Below are positions 37,718-52,447 of a DNA stretch of 64,000 nucleotides, one piece after another. The DNA is taken from assembly GCF_006345805.1 (NCBI RefSeq), contig NC_042998.1, positions 58,900,001 through 58,964,000 on the forward strand, read 5' to 3'. Under the pieces are notes generated by a model. That model worked only from the letters and a program-made list of their open reading frames with translations. It was not told where the DNA came from and ran no database searches. Every line of letters starts with the position of its first letter. The stretch's first letter is position 1. Source of the DNA: Octopus sinensis (lineage: Eukaryota). A program made the translations under genes and the position numbers.

Positions 37718-37754
<37 letters not shown>

Positions 37755-37790
37755 GTATATGTATATATATACATATACATATATACATAC

Positions 37791-37835
<45 letters not shown>

Positions 37836-37927
37836 TACACACATATATGCAAGTTATTCTAGTAACTCGATGAGTAAAGCAAATACGTTACAATAATATA
37901 AAACTTTTGACCTAAGATATCCATGTA

Positions 37928-37958
<31 letters not shown>

Positions 37959-38126
37959 CTATATATATATATATATGTGTGTGTGTATACATATATATAT
38001 ATAGATATATATATATATATATGTGTGTCTCTGAGTGTATGTATGTATATATTTATATATACATATATATATATATATAATATATATATATGTATCTATA
38101 AGTATCTCTATGTGTATTATATATAT

Positions 38127-38179
<53 letters not shown>

Positions 38180-38194
38180 TATAATACACACACA

Positions 38195-38240
<46 letters not shown>
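37430..38240. repeat. Compound (TA)n/(CA)n microsatellites
   Basis: Directly visible. Confidence 0.9.
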
Positions 38241-38243
<3 letters not shown>

Positions 38244-38880
38244 TTGTACGTATGCATATATTTGTGAGTGTGCATGTATGCGTTTCGTCCATGTGTTTTG
38301 TGTGTTTGTGTGTAAATGTATGTCGTGTGTATGGATGGATGAATTGATGAATAAACGGATAGCTGGATTGACGAGTATGCATGCGTATCCCGGGTAAATC
38401 GGCGCGCATCGGATGGATCCACCTTGTGCGATTTGCATAACTCAGATGGCGTAATTCAACAATTAAGCCAAATTATGTATTCGATAAGATGATCAATAAA
38501 TGAATTTGACTCTAATTACTTGGGTCGATATACTTGTCTAAACCACATGAAGGCAGTGCTCCAGTATGACCACGGACCAATGACTGGAACCGGTAAGAAA
38601 AGTAATTGAAGTAGAAGATAAAATAAAATCAAACGAAAATAATTAGATAGATAAATTTCCCCCAAGCATTAGATCTGCTGTAAAAAGCAAAGGCAGAGGT
38701 AATTGGAATATATAAAAGTGGTATCGGTTTATATACGAAAAACGAAGTAAACAATTCCCATGACTACATAAGTAATTACATCATTGCAGGATCGAAATAG
38801 AAGTCAATAAATGGAATAATAAAAATGTCTTACACAATAACATGATGTAAAATACATACATGTCTATGTATCTATCTATG

Positions 38881-38953
<73 letters not shown>

Positions 38954-39042
38954 GTTTATCTATCTATCTATCTGCTTATCTATCTATTTATCTGTCTGTC
39001 TTACTGTCTCTCTGTCTGTCTATGTGTCTGTCTTCTGTCTGA

Positions 39043-39115
<73 letters not shown>

Positions 39116-39344
39116 AGTGTATCTATCTATTTATCTGTCTATCTATCAGTGTATCTATCTATCGATTTTGTATCTTTTATTCTACAAAGTTAGAAGAGTA
39201 ACCTGCGCGCTGAAAGTTTTGTGTTTGGGACTGTTCAAACTGGCTTCAAATCTGATAGCTTATTTCTTAGCTGTAGTGATCGTCCTTGACAGGATCCATT
39301 GACAGACATCTTGGATTAAAATACAATATTCTTCAGGGCAAGAC

Positions 39345-39536
39345 GAAACGAAATCGTCCTGGAAGCGACTCTGCAGGAGACAGATGCGCATTTCGCCGTT
39401 TTTTCCGGTTTGAGTGAACTGAAGCAACGAGAAATAAATGTCTTACTGAAAAATACGACAGCCCTGTCCTGGAAGCGAACTCACTATCTCATGGTTGTGA
39501 GCCCAACATTCTAACCACTGAACCATGTTCCTTCAC

Positions 39537-39538
<2 letters not shown>
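39345..39538 (-). mobile_element. tRNA-derived SINE
   Basis: Minus strand GTGAAGGAACATGGTTCAGTGGTTAGAATGTTGGGCTCACAACCATGAGATAGTGAGTTCGCTTCC (A- and B-box-like), adjacent to (ACAT)n. Confidence 0.65.
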
Positions 39539-39567
<29 letters not shown>

Positions 39568-39679
39568 CATACATACATACATACATACATACATACATAC
39601 ATACATACATACATACATACATACATACATACATACATACATACATACATGCATGCATACATACATATAATCACAGGAT

Positions 39680-39858
39680 CACACTTGCATGAGTTACCAT
39701 TTAACGTAAAAGTATAAGCTAGAATGGAATGACATGTATTTATTGGAAGCTGAGTCAGCGTGAGTCAATACTAGCAATTTCTTGTCTTTGTTCCGTAGGT
39801 GAATGAATACTAATATTTCGACTTTGCTTTAAATATTCGTCGGTAGGACAGTGGACAT
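39680..39858 (+). repeat. Dispersed ~160-180-bp repeat, copy 1 (copy 2 at 46601-46757)
   Basis: Shared CACACTTGCATGAGTTACCATTT...TTTCGACTTTGCTTTAAATATTCGTCGG...GGACAGTGGACAT. Confidence 0.85.
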
Positions 39859-40809
39859 TGGAGACAAGCGGAGCGGAGTTTCATGGTCACAAGAGGATTT
39901 GTGGATAAGAGAGCAGGGATGAAATGCCGGCAAGAGAAAGGATGAGAATTAGGAGAAGTCGGGGAAATTAAAGGTGAGAGAGACAGAGAGAGACAGAGAG
40001 GATAGCAGGCCATAAAAGGAAGGAAGGGGAAGTGGAGGGAAAGCAAGAGAAGGGGAGAAATAGAAGTAAAAGTAGGAAAAGATGATAATGATGATGATGA
40101 TGATGATAACTGCGACGATGACGACGACCACGGCGACGACGTCGAAATGCTAAAACATATCTGGAAATATATAAAATATTAATGGAGCACAGAAATAGCG
40201 TTCTTTGATATCGATTAATTATTGGAACTTCTTACAGGAACACCAAGAAAGTACTTACGAAGTGTTTGCAAATTTAATTTGATAAAAAAAAAAGAACCCC
40301 CCGAAAAAACACACAACTACAAAAATAGAACAAACAAAAACAAATAAAAAACTAGAGTAAAAAATCACCAAGCTGGTTTACTATATGAAAAACAAATAGC
40401 GTCTCAAAACGTAACAATTGATCCAAAATGTCAGACTATCATAGCCTGTCTGTCTACTGCTTAGATAATGTTAAAGTCGGCCTTCATACACAAAAACTAT
40501 ATTCTGTCAGATAGAGTAAATAAAAAAAAAAATCGGTATGCAACACTGCAATTTACATACAGCTTATACTGCAGGATGTACCCTTCTGAACATTAGATGC
40601 GGACCACGATTTTGTGGTATCTTACGACTGTATTTTTCAAGAGCATGGCCTTGAAGGAATACAGAGCGTTGCTTGGGCTACCAGCAAGTACCTAGCTCCT
40701 TTTGGCATATAGGGCGGCACGGGTGTTGTTTCTGATGTTGGTTGTCCGCAGAAATAGAGGGCAGCTGCAATGACTTCAATGGTTCGTCGTCGTCGTCGTG
40801 TTAATCGTG

Positions 40810-40844
<35 letters not shown>

Positions 40845-41547
40845 TATCATCATCATCATTAGTAACATCGTCATTGTCGAGGTCATCGTGGATGACATTG
40901 TCATCATCGTCGTTGTCGTCACCGTCGCCGTCGGAGTCATCGCCGTAGTCGTAGTCGTCGTTGTCGTGGTCGTCTTCGGCATCATAATCCTTGTCCTCCC
41001 CCTCCACTCCCCCCTTCCTCCACCTCTTCTTCCACGTTGTCGTCGTTGCCGTCGTCGTCATCATCATCCTCCTCCTCCTCACCGTGAATATCTATCGAGC
41101 GCTTTGTCACTTTAGATTTTTTATAGTCAGTAAGGACATAAATTCACAATGTAACAAAAAACAAAAGAAAAAAAAATCGATGGTTTTACTTTTGGTGGTG
41201 GTGATGGTGTTCGGCGACCGAGTTGGGTGGTAGCTATTAATCCACCCGTAAGACGTTACTAAACGATAATAATGATCCAGGCACGATTATAAACGCAGAG
41301 CACAGAGATGTGAAATAGATACAAATGGGCAGCCCATCCATCTGATGCCCTAACAAAACATTCACCACCACCCCGGGCCGGTTAGCAACTATTTGGTTTC
41401 AGATATTTACTACGGATTTGTTATTCAATCTCAGTTTCGAGATTTTACACATGATTTTACTAAAGCTTTGGTCGTGTCTCACTAAATCTTCAATAACTAA
41501 CTTCCAAAGCCGCAGCTTCGAGTAACAGCACAAAAAACCCAGAATTG

Positions 41548-41549
<2 letters not shown>

Positions 41550-41604
<55 letters not shown>

Positions 41605-41714
41605 GTTATTATTATTATTTAGTATTATTATTATTATTATTTAGTATTATTATTATTATTTAGTATTATTATTATTATTTAGTATGATTATGATTATGAT
41701 TATTATGATTATTA

Positions 41715-41776
<62 letters not shown>

Positions 41777-41793
41777 TAGTATTATTATTATTA

Positions 41794-41850
<57 letters not shown>

Positions 41851-41875
41851 TATTATTATTATTATCAATATTACT
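41550..41875. repeat. (TTA)n array with periodic TTAGTA interruptions
   Basis: Directly visible. Confidence 0.95.
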
Positions 41876-42021
41876 ATACGAGTTGTGTATATTCTGGAAA
41901 TGTAAATTCTTATTACTGGTGTATCACAAATAATTTGTTGCTTCCAATATCTCAAGAATGTAAATCGAAAAACAAATATCGCTGCACAGATTCATGAGCA
42001 ATTCTATCTATCTATCTATCC

Positions 42022-42115
<94 letters not shown>

Positions 42116-43611
42116 TTATCTATCTATCTAGATAAATAAGTATATGTACACATACGTATATATATATATATATAAACTCAGGCATACAACACACATATAA
42201 ACACCGGTATACACGCATATATATATGTACAGCATGCATATATATATGTATATATATATATATACATATACATACATATATATATGTATATCTATATCTA
42301 TAACTATAAAATATATATATATATAAGAGAGTTGTGTGTGTGTGTGGGGGGGTATGTTCCTTATGTATTTCAAAACCACCGAGATGCCAGTTTTGACGTA
42401 TGGAGTATCAAACTATTTAGTAGGCTTTTGGCTACCGACTAAAGTATATTTTGATTCACATATTTGCATTACAAATATTTAACATTGTCATTTTCTCTTA
42501 GTTACCTATTTTAAACGTCATTTTATATCACCACAACGACGATGACGTCAGACTTTCTATATGAGTGTGTTCGCGCGTTCGTTACCCACGTTAGGCCGAT
42601 GACTGACAAGTATATGCGTGTGATGGTGTATGTGTCTGTTAGTATACAAATATTTTTGTGACGACCAACACACACAGGGACAGAGATAGGATTCAGGTGT
42701 GGGTTAACGTATGTGTGTGTGTGTGTCTTAGTTTATATATGTAACTTTCTCCCGCCCAACAGCGAAACGCGCCGATATTGAAAGCTTAGTTGCGGCCTGG
42801 ACTTTAAACGAACAACAACGTTCACTTTGAAGTACTACCAACAAGAAGAGTTGACTGATTTAACACCACTCACAATACTAGCAAATATATCTGAAAAAAA
42901 ATGTCTTTCTGGTTATTATAACAAATTCGGAAACTTGGCAAAGTAGAAAGCCTCAGCGACTTTTTCAATATAATTACAGAAATGTTTTTCCACTCCTAAC
43001 CAGTTTCAAGATGAATTTTCGCAGTCTTCCTAAGATTCTTCTGTGAGTGTCAACATCGCATAACCTTTTTACAGCGTTAGTCAGTATTTATTCTACAGCC
43101 TATAACGTTACGCAGTTTAAAAAATATATAGTAATGTTAAATTCATTTATGTTTTGCTACGTATACCCTTCAGCAAATATTTTAAATTAATGTTACAACA
43201 ACAGCGTCTTCCTTTCTATACACTTGATTCAGCGTTCGTTTCAAAATTATAAAATATATTATTTTTGTATGAAAAATCGAATTATGTCTTTTGGAATTTC
43301 TTGGACTTTCTCTTTCTTCACCGTCATATTCAGTCGTGAATTTTATAACATTTAGTACATGTTCCAAATGAATGTTGACTTTCTGTACTTTGTAACATTG
43401 GTGACGCATAGTAACTGTTGCTAAATTAGTGACATTTAATTTTTTTAAAAGAATAACTATGCCAGAGAAAGCATGATTTGCACCTAAATTGACTACATTT
43501 CGTTTCGCTTGAACTTCGTGTGTGTACATTTTGCTGTTTTCAGTATTATCAATTGCATGAGCGTGTTTCTGTGTTTCTTACGTCTATAGTAAACTATAGT
43601 AAAGAACATTT

Positions 43612-43990
43612 TACGCTGTTTTAATGAGCCTACATCTAATGAAGTAGCCATCCTGATGGTTGGTGATCCCCATGAAAATCATAATATTCTCATTCGTGTT
43701 CGAGATAACCTTAAAGCGTTTCACAGACTCATCCCGTTTATCATGCTCTCCGGTATACTCTTATTTTGTGGAATGGGCAAGATGGGTGTCATTTCAATAT
43801 TCCACGGACCGAACCTGCAACAGGATAGCCAATTACCAACAAAACGGTATCGTCAAATTACTTCTATTCTTACCAACTGATGTTAAGTCCAGAACAATCA
43901 GCTTTATTTTCATTTACATATTTTCTGCGTTATCTCAACAACAAGCTATAGTTATTTCCAACTTCTCTATAACGGCCAGGTTTCATTAGT
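43612..43990 (+). pseudogene. Helitron Rep/helicase fragment
   Basis: FNEPTSNEVAILMVG...VSQTHPVYHALRYTL.LWNGQDG.HFNIP...KTVSSNYFYSYQLM, matching the Helitron FNAPT.DEVA...ETHRSYDALQYPLLF..GEDGY...YAYRLM region; frameshifted. Confidence 0.75.
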
Positions 43991-44579
43991 AAATGAAAAC
44001 AGTTTCACACTTTCAAGTTGAACCAAAATTACAAAGTGTTGCATTACGAGAGCGATGATGTGTGAATAATGAAAGTAATGTTTCTTTGAATTAGTCACAT
44101 CTGTATTCTAATAAAGAAAGCTGCTTACTATCTATCTACCTAATAAACTGTTTTTGACTCAACAAATCTTTCCTATAACTAAAATAACCTCGGCAACTAG
44201 GTGGGATTGCACAATTTTCCGGTCATATTTGGACAATATCTCAATTGGCTTCCAATGTTTCATTTTCGTCCGATGTTTCATGCATACGTAGAATTCTACG
44301 CAAACATTTATGAAAATGTACACATGTATATATTATTAAAATTAAAATAATCCACAACCCAAAAATTGCATTAAAATAATCCATTTTTCTATATGTTATG
44401 AGAAAATAAGTCATTCTCTCTCTCTCTCTCTTTCTCACGTGCAAAAATGATGTATGCATATGTATTTGTAGGTTATGTTCGTGTATATGAAAGATAATGC
44501 GTGAGAGAGAGGGAGCAAGTGCCACTTGCACATACATGCAAAAAGATTCATATATGACAACACCTTCATTCATTCACTC

Positions 44580-44623
<44 letters not shown>

Positions 44624-45954
44624 GTCCGTCCATTTCATACACATGTATATCTTACACTTTCTTCTCTCTTTTACTTTCTCCTGTCACTTCAAAGCAAATG
44701 TCGCCTTTTCATTTTATCCCCTCTTTCAATTTCTGCTTTCTTCAAAGCATACAGAAATTAGAACAATTTTACAGAAATTAACGAATAATCCCATATATGA
44801 CGAGTTGACAACATTGTCTCTTCAGACAAAAAGAATGCCATAAAATAACTTCCTTTGACACACACACACAAACACACACTTTAGGTAAAACTTTTATGCC
44901 AATTATGTTATTTCTTGCAGTGTGCACGTGCAAATTTACAGCTTAAATCCAACTGAAATGATATTTTTCTATTGTGTAATTTGCATGTGTGATGAGCGTA
45001 TTTAAAAACCTGATCTTCGATATAAACTTATAAGAAAGTTTTCCCAGAAATCCTGTCCTTTATATATTCTTTATAGCATGCCCGATGTGACACTTCCGTC
45101 GCGATGCCCTTATTTGTTTTCCAAACTTTTATTCGATTTCTATGTTTGCTATGTTTGGGATTAGGATTTCACCCACAAAACACGTTCTCAATATTTTAAT
45201 TTTCTCCCTCTCCACACCAAATTCATTTTTTGTTTTGTTCAAATTTTTATTCTTGGTAATCCATGGAGAATACAAATCTTCAATAATTTTATGCATTATC
45301 TCACCACTTAAAAAAGCTACACACTTCTAATGTTTCACTTTTAGCTTTTTTCTTCAGAAATAATGTCGTTTACCTGTTGTTTCTAGCATGTCAGGTTTTC
45401 TGGTGGTGCTCTGCTATTTTTTAAGTCTACTATTTCAGTAGAATTCTACGCATGCGGGAGAAATCAGAGAAAAGTGAAAGATTGGGAGATTTTAGCTTTT
45501 TGAAAGCTGGTAGGTGATGAGCGGGTAAGGTTGGGGAAGGGGCATTGAGTGTTTCTTTAAGAAAAAATTAAACTATAAAAATATATATGTATTTCCCAGA
45601 TTCGTAATCTCTATTTTTATACTTAAATAAAAGAAAGATGCAAACAGTTACAAATTAAGAAATTGCGGTGGGGATATGGGGGTATTTAAAAATTTTGGAA
45701 ACGGGATTTCTGAACAAAATCGTATTAATCCCCTGTTATACGATGAAACATAGTTTCTGATCCTTCTTAAGAACAGAAAGCACTTTCACGTAAACCCATG
45801 CAAATTATACCCTCGTCCTTCACTATTAAACAAACAATAACTTCCATTGTTCCATTAACTATATATCAGCAGTGCCGATTCTACCCATAAAAAAGGAGCA
45901 AACAATGCAATGTGCTTGTAGGTCATAACACCTGGGCAACGCCGGGATGCATTG

Positions 45955-45999
<45 letters not shown>

Positions 46000-46074
46000 G
46001 TGTGTGTGTGTGTATACCAAAAAAGCCGAGACTGATGAATCAAAAGAATACTGTTGGAACTTAACAATTAAACA

Positions 46075-46400
46075 CCCACCATGATAAAACAGCCGACCAC
46101 AAGAAAATAATATTCTCAGATATGGAAATCATCTCTCCTCTGGATACAAAAGTGGACAGAGAAATACAAGAAAGAGAAAACATCTATGGACAACTGATGA
46201 AGAGTTTGAAAAGGCAGTATTCAAGGTACGCTTTTAGTTTTATTCTTGCTACTAAAAGAACATCAAGATATGTACAAACACGGCTGGGCAAAGTATGGCT
46301 ATTCTTGGGTTCTAGGAGAAAGAATGCAACTACTTAATTCATACGCTACAAATGATCGCGATATATGGGACAATAAAAATCTGTTTTACTCTTTTAAGAT
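46075..46400 (+). pseudogene. RLE-domain fragment of a LINE
   Basis: EIISPLDTKVDREIQERENIYGQL resembles the IEISCP.D.N...K..EKE..YG.L end of restriction-like endonucleases. Confidence 0.5.
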
Positions 46401-46600
46401 TTAATGGATAATAGACAAAACAAAATGCTTTCCTTCACAACCTTGAGACCAAACAGGTGGCAGATCAAAATTAACTAAAAAGGAAAGAAAGAGAAAATAA
46501 CATGTCATAGAGGATAGTTGCCTTGCAAATGCGAACAACTCTTCAGTGAAAATCTGTACCTTCTCTACTCTGATTATAAATTTACATATGAGTATGGGCT

Positions 46601-46757
46601 CACACTTGCATGAGTTACCATTTGACGAAAAAGTATAAGCTAGACTGAAATGACGTATTTACTGGAAGCTGAGCAATTTCTTGTTTTTGTTCCGTAGGCG
46701 AATGAATACTCATATTTCGACTTTGCTTTAAATATTCGTCGGTCGGACAGTGGACAT
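46601..46757 (+). repeat. Dispersed repeat, copy 2 of 39680-39858
   Basis: As for copy 1, but lacking ~20 nt of its interior. Confidence 0.85.
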
Positions 46758-47256
46758 AAGTTTTGACGCACTCGGTTATGTGAGTTAATACCTAAGGTGC
46801 AATCTGGATGAAGCACGATTTTGAAGCAAGGACAAAAGCTAACACGAACGATAAATACAATCTTTTCAGTGAAACAGCTAAAAATATACGGGAATTTCTT
46901 CACATTCAATATGTAACAATGATAGAGCTTTTGTATCTTCGTAAAAACCAATTCCCTCATTGCGCTAAAATACTGATACATAGAAAGAGCAAACTGTACA
47001 TATACGTACATGCATATAATCACACACATATATGTGTGAGTATGGTTGTATGTGTATATGCGCGCGCGCGTGCGTGTGTGTGCGTTTGTATGTTGAAAAG
47101 TGTAGAGTATTTTTCTTGTCTCAATTCACCTTAAGCAATATTCTCAGTGTTTAAAAAATACATTAGAATCATTTATAGATGCTACGGGGGAAGCGATAAG
47201 CTATCCCTTACTTATTAGTGATTTTTGAGATTAGTATGTATGTATATATATACACC

Positions 47257-47311
<55 letters not shown>

Positions 47312-47331
47312 GTATGTATATGTATATAAGT

Positions 47332-47396
<65 letters not shown>

Positions 47397-47784
47397 GTGT
47401 GTGTGTGTGCGTGTGTATACTGGAGGTGACAGACAACTGGACACCGTATAAGTGGTTGAGAGACATTGACAGTAATATAGGATTAGAGAAATATTTCTAT
47501 ACAGTTTTGACGAGAGAAAAACAAAAAATCAATCGTCCACATACTAAGTAAAGAAAGCTAGACATGATAAATAGGGCAAGTACGTACTTACAAACAGTTA
47601 GTATTCAGTGAATTAGAAAGTATCAACGAGGTAAAGTTTAGAAGGGAATAACAGTAGTTTAAGAATCAAAATGTTATTTTACTTATATGCTGCTAAAAAT
47701 AAAAGATTATGCGTCAATACTTTTAGCTGTTATAATAAGCCAGAGTTATTATGTATTCGATTGGAAGCGAATAAAACTGGTTTG

Positions 47785-47815
47785 TATATATATATATATA
47801 TACATATACATATAC

Positions 47816-47846
<31 letters not shown>

Positions 47847-47864
47847 ATATTATATATATATATA

Positions 47865-47920
<56 letters not shown>

Positions 47921-48221
47921 GTATATATATATAATATATATATATACATATATATATACATATATATATATACATATATACATATATATATACATATATT
48001 TATATATAATATATATATACATATATATACAGATATATATATACATATATTTATATATATATATATACATATATTTATATATATATATTACATATATATA
48101 CAGATATATAACATATATTTATATATATATATATACTATATTTATATATATTATACATATATATATTATACATATATTTATATATATATATATATACATA
48201 TATTTATATTATATATATATA

Positions 48222-48288
<67 letters not shown>

Positions 48289-48297
48289 GTATATATA

Positions 48298-48338
<41 letters not shown>
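47785..48338. repeat. Long degenerate (TA)n/(CATA)n tract
   Basis: Directly visible. Confidence 0.95.
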
Positions 48339-48343
<5 letters not shown>

Positions 48344-48629
48344 TTAATCATGTGTAAGATAAACAAGATTACGTTTCAGACGTATAACAGTTTATGCATT
48401 TCTAACGTAAGTTTGTAGTGAACGTATTCGTATTTTTGTACCTCAAAAGAAGTAAAAAAAACACACACACACGCACACACACAAAAGCACATACGCATGT
48501 GTGTACGGAGGGAGAGAGAGAGAATAATATCATTGAAAGTCACTATCATACAGTAAATGTTGAGAAAGAACAGTTGCCATAAAAATAGAGAAAAGATAAA
48601 TAAATGAAAAAAAAAAGGATATTTGAAAA

Positions 48630-49110
48630 GTAAAACAGATAAAAAGAATAAACAAGATGGCCAGTACCTACTATGATTAAGTAGTGTTGAAGAAACTAAA
48701 AGAATCTCATAGCTTAGAGCTGAGACCGACATCGTTAGCTCTTGTTGATCAATAAAACAGAGCCTTACAACTAAAAACATGCAATGAAAGTGAAAAGAAA
48801 ATGTTCTGGAAATATAGAAACTGTGAAGAGAAAAACAGCCACATTGTTCATATTCGTCTAGTTATAGCCATGTAACTGAGTATAGAAATAAACCCGATTG
48901 TACCATGGAATTGTCAACGAAGATAACATTAAGTGTTCAGTACAAAAGTCTTCAGGAAATTACAAATGAAGCATAAACTGGGACATACCTATTCATAAGA
49001 TTATCGAGCCAAAATTGTCTTTTAATTGAGATTTCATTCCCATTGGACTGAAATAGATTTCTAAAAGAACTTAATTAAATATGAAGCTCTTACAATAGAT
49101 ATATCCGGAA
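48630..49110 (+). pseudogene. Very decayed R4-type LINE 3' region
   Basis: Remnants LRAETD, NWDIPI and LIEISFPLD. Confidence 0.4.
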
Positions 49111-49426
49111 TGGTGTGTTTGTAAACATAAAAATGACAGAAAAAAAGTTATTCACATATTGATAAGTATCATTGATGAAAGGTAAGGAGAGTTTTCGTAA
49201 TTAAACTTTAAAATGGGCTCTGTGTGGTCATTCTATTTGCTAGAAATAGCTGGTAAATCTCTTTCAAATCTCATCCTACCGTCAAGAAAAACGGAAGGAT
49301 GCTTTGGGTAATGTATTCCTAGATAAGATTAAAAAGATAAAAAGGCTTAACTAGAACGCATTCGATTAGTAAGGATCATGAGTCAAATAACATCGACTAC
49401 TACTACAAAGACGACAACAACAACGA

Positions 49427-49618
49427 GTGGAGGCGCAATGGCCCAGTGGTTAGGGCAGTGGACTCGCGGTCGTAAGAACGCGGTTTCAATTCCCAGACCG
49501 GGCATTGTGAGTGTTTATTGAGCAAAAACACCAAAGCTCCACGAGGCCCCGGCGAGGAGGGGGGTGAACACCGCTGTACTCTTTCCCCACAACTTTCTCT
49601 CACTCTTCCTACTTCTAC
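49427..49618 (+). mobile_element. tRNA-derived SINE family D
   Basis: GTGGAGGCGCAATGGCCCAGTGGTTAGGGCAGTGGACTCGCGGTCG...GGTTTCAATTCCCAGACCGGGC; homologous to 6548. Confidence 0.8.
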
Positions 49619-51071
49619 CACAAATCAGAGGAACCATGGTGAAACCCATTATGGTTTGGTAAACTTTCACACCGTAGTCTAGATTGCGAATCCTCCGTAC
49701 CCCAGGATGGTTCAGCTCTCCGCCAGTTAAAAGCCACCATTTACGGAATGAGGATAATAACGTAGCTTTCGCGCCAGTGCAACCGCCAGTCTATTGCGTG
49801 TGGTGGGTAGATTTTCAAGTTGCCACACGCATTCTTAGTAGCTTAGAGTAGGCTCGAATTAGAGATTATTCTTTGTGGCTAATGGCGTGAGTCCTGATTG
49901 GAAGAAGAAGAAAACAACAACTACAATAACAAAATAAAGAAAAAAACATTTGAATGATACCTATACAAAAATACAGTTCTATATTCCACTGGGACTTTGG
50001 AACCCTTTGAATAATTCTTTCTGAGGTATTGATTAATGCATGAGTATTTTAACTTAGTCAATCTAACAATCATACAGTGAATCTATTTCTCACAATTATC
50101 ATGATATATCGATTTAAAACCCAAGTGGACTACATCTATAAATGTAACTCACTCCCAGGAGACAAGACCAGTGATGGTTTACAAACGGTCGAGTATTTAC
50201 ATATTCATTGTTATTTAACTGCCTACGGTACATTTTTCCAGTACACTAACTTTGATCTCACTATCAGGGCTACGAAATCTTGAGACTCTTTCGTATCAAA
50301 AAATACTTTCGTTCTCTTGCTTCCTGGTAACTAGAGACTTTCCTTTTTACATTGCATTTCAAACTTTATGTTCAATCAACCCATGTTTGATGCATATTCT
50401 TTTTCTTATCATAATCGAATGGAAACCTCCATAATATCGTATACTAATCTAAAGTGCACTTCATGTGTATTTTGCGCCACAACCTTTCAAAACTTATGCG
50501 ATACATGTCAAGACTTCTAATCGAAATAGGGAGTAAAGTAACGCAACCTCTCTCAAAACACATCCTAATATTTTAAGAGGACACATTAAATACTGTAGTC
50601 CCAGCTACACACAGAATGCAAGAGAGTCATGTATAGAGTGCCTTTTATCATTTGGCCATAGCTTTCTTGAGCAGATTTAACTAGAATTGCTTTCAAATCA
50701 GGGACAGAAGAAACAGCATTCATCACTGACGTGCTAAATTGTACTACATATAGTTCATACATAATACACACATACACACGCATATACATACATATACACA
50801 TACAAACATACCTACAGACATTTTGACACGCATACGTACTTATGTACATAAGTACATACATACGCGAGCACACACAAATACATACATGCATACATACATA
50901 CATACATACACGCATGCATGCATGCATGAGTACATATATAAATACGTGCGTACGTACTTACAGTTACCAACAGCACTGCATATAAAAGAAAGGTACGCCG
51001 CCTATAAAATTGATTCCTTGTCGATAGTACTCTGCAGCACAGATTCAACCATTTCTCTTGAACTCCACATT

Positions 51072-51130
<59 letters not shown>

Positions 51131-51197
51131 TTACTACTACTAGGGACGTTAAGATTATATACAAGAAATCTATTAACCTGGACAAGGGAGTATTCTA

Positions 51198-52447
51198 AGT
51201 GGGTGAGTGGAAAAGTTCATAGGCAGACTATGATGGAATGATGCTAGAACTGTTAAATCTTGCTTGCATTAATTTCAACTCTTCTTATCAATGACTGTAT
51301 TGTTTATTTCTGGATAAAGAAAAATCTGTCTGTTCAAAACTTTTCAAAAGTAACTAGTAGCGGCTTCTCTTGAAAAATCAACAAAATTTGGCATCATGGT
51401 GTTATCAAGTACGGACATAAAAATATTTAAGTCCACAAAGATATTCATGCTGACATGGTTGCTATATTAGATTACGCTCCAACTTTAGCAACAGTGCAAA
51501 AGTGTGCGGCTGAATTTAGGACGGAAATGGGAAGTCTTGAAGATGACGCAATGTCTGGACGTCCCGCAAAGTACCATCACCGAGGAAAACATTGATCAAG
51601 TTCACCACATGCTGATCGATGGCTGGCCATTGACTATAAATCAAATAGCCAATGTTATCAGCATATCTCACGAGAGAGTTGAGAATATTCTACACATTGA
51701 ACTTGGCATGACGAAGGTTTCTGTTCGGTGGGTGCCATGTTTACTGACACTTAAAAACGCATCAGCCTCATCGAATCAAAGGAAAATGACATTGCCCCGG
51801 ATTTATCCAGTTGGTTTCCTCGAACGTTTCATAACCCAGGATGAGTTACACTGGCTTATGACTTTGAACCAGAGACGAAAAAAAAAAAAGAATCTATCTA
51901 GTGGAAACACCTCTCCCCACCTGTTGAGAAGAAGGCCAATATTGTTTCATCTGCAGGGAAGTTGACGGCCTCAGTATTTTGATGTGAAAAAGTATTGTAT
52001 TCATCTTCAAAATGGCCACATCATCAATGGTGCGTTCTACGCCAACTTGCTGAGGATATTACGAAAGTCTATGAAGACCACGCGCCCAGGAAAACTGACG
52101 AAAAGGGATCTTTTGTGAGAACAATGCTTCTGCACAAGGCATTGATCTCAAAGGCTGTTGTGCAAGATTGTGACTTTGAACTGATTGATCACCCTCTCTT
52201 TTCACCTGATTTGGCCCCATCTGACTATCATATGTTCTCCAACAGGAAAAACGACTTGGCTGGGAACCAGTAGGAAAGCAATGATGACATCATACCGGCC
52301 GTTGATGTCATTTTTGACCGAGAAGATGAAAGGTTTTTCACCATTGGGATCCAAGTACTACAACACCGACGGAAGAAGTGTGACCTCATTTGGTCAATTT
52401 TCATGAAAGCATCTTGGTCAGCCAATGAACTTTGCTGCCGACCGTTG
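51198..52447 (+). mobile_element. mariner (DD34D) transposon, decayed, near full length
   Basis: Imperfect TIRs sharing AAAGTTCAT.GGC.GAC, TA flanks; LEDD..SGRP, MTKVSVRWVP, FITQDE, HPLFSPDLAPSDYHMF. Confidence 0.88.

Noticed and set aside
40776-41115. Poly-Asp/His/Thr ORFs suggesting an acidic or metal-binding protein (also 55960-56460)
   Set aside because: Degenerate (CAT/CGT)n repeats; all frames are equally low-complexity and there are no splice signals or unique coding context.
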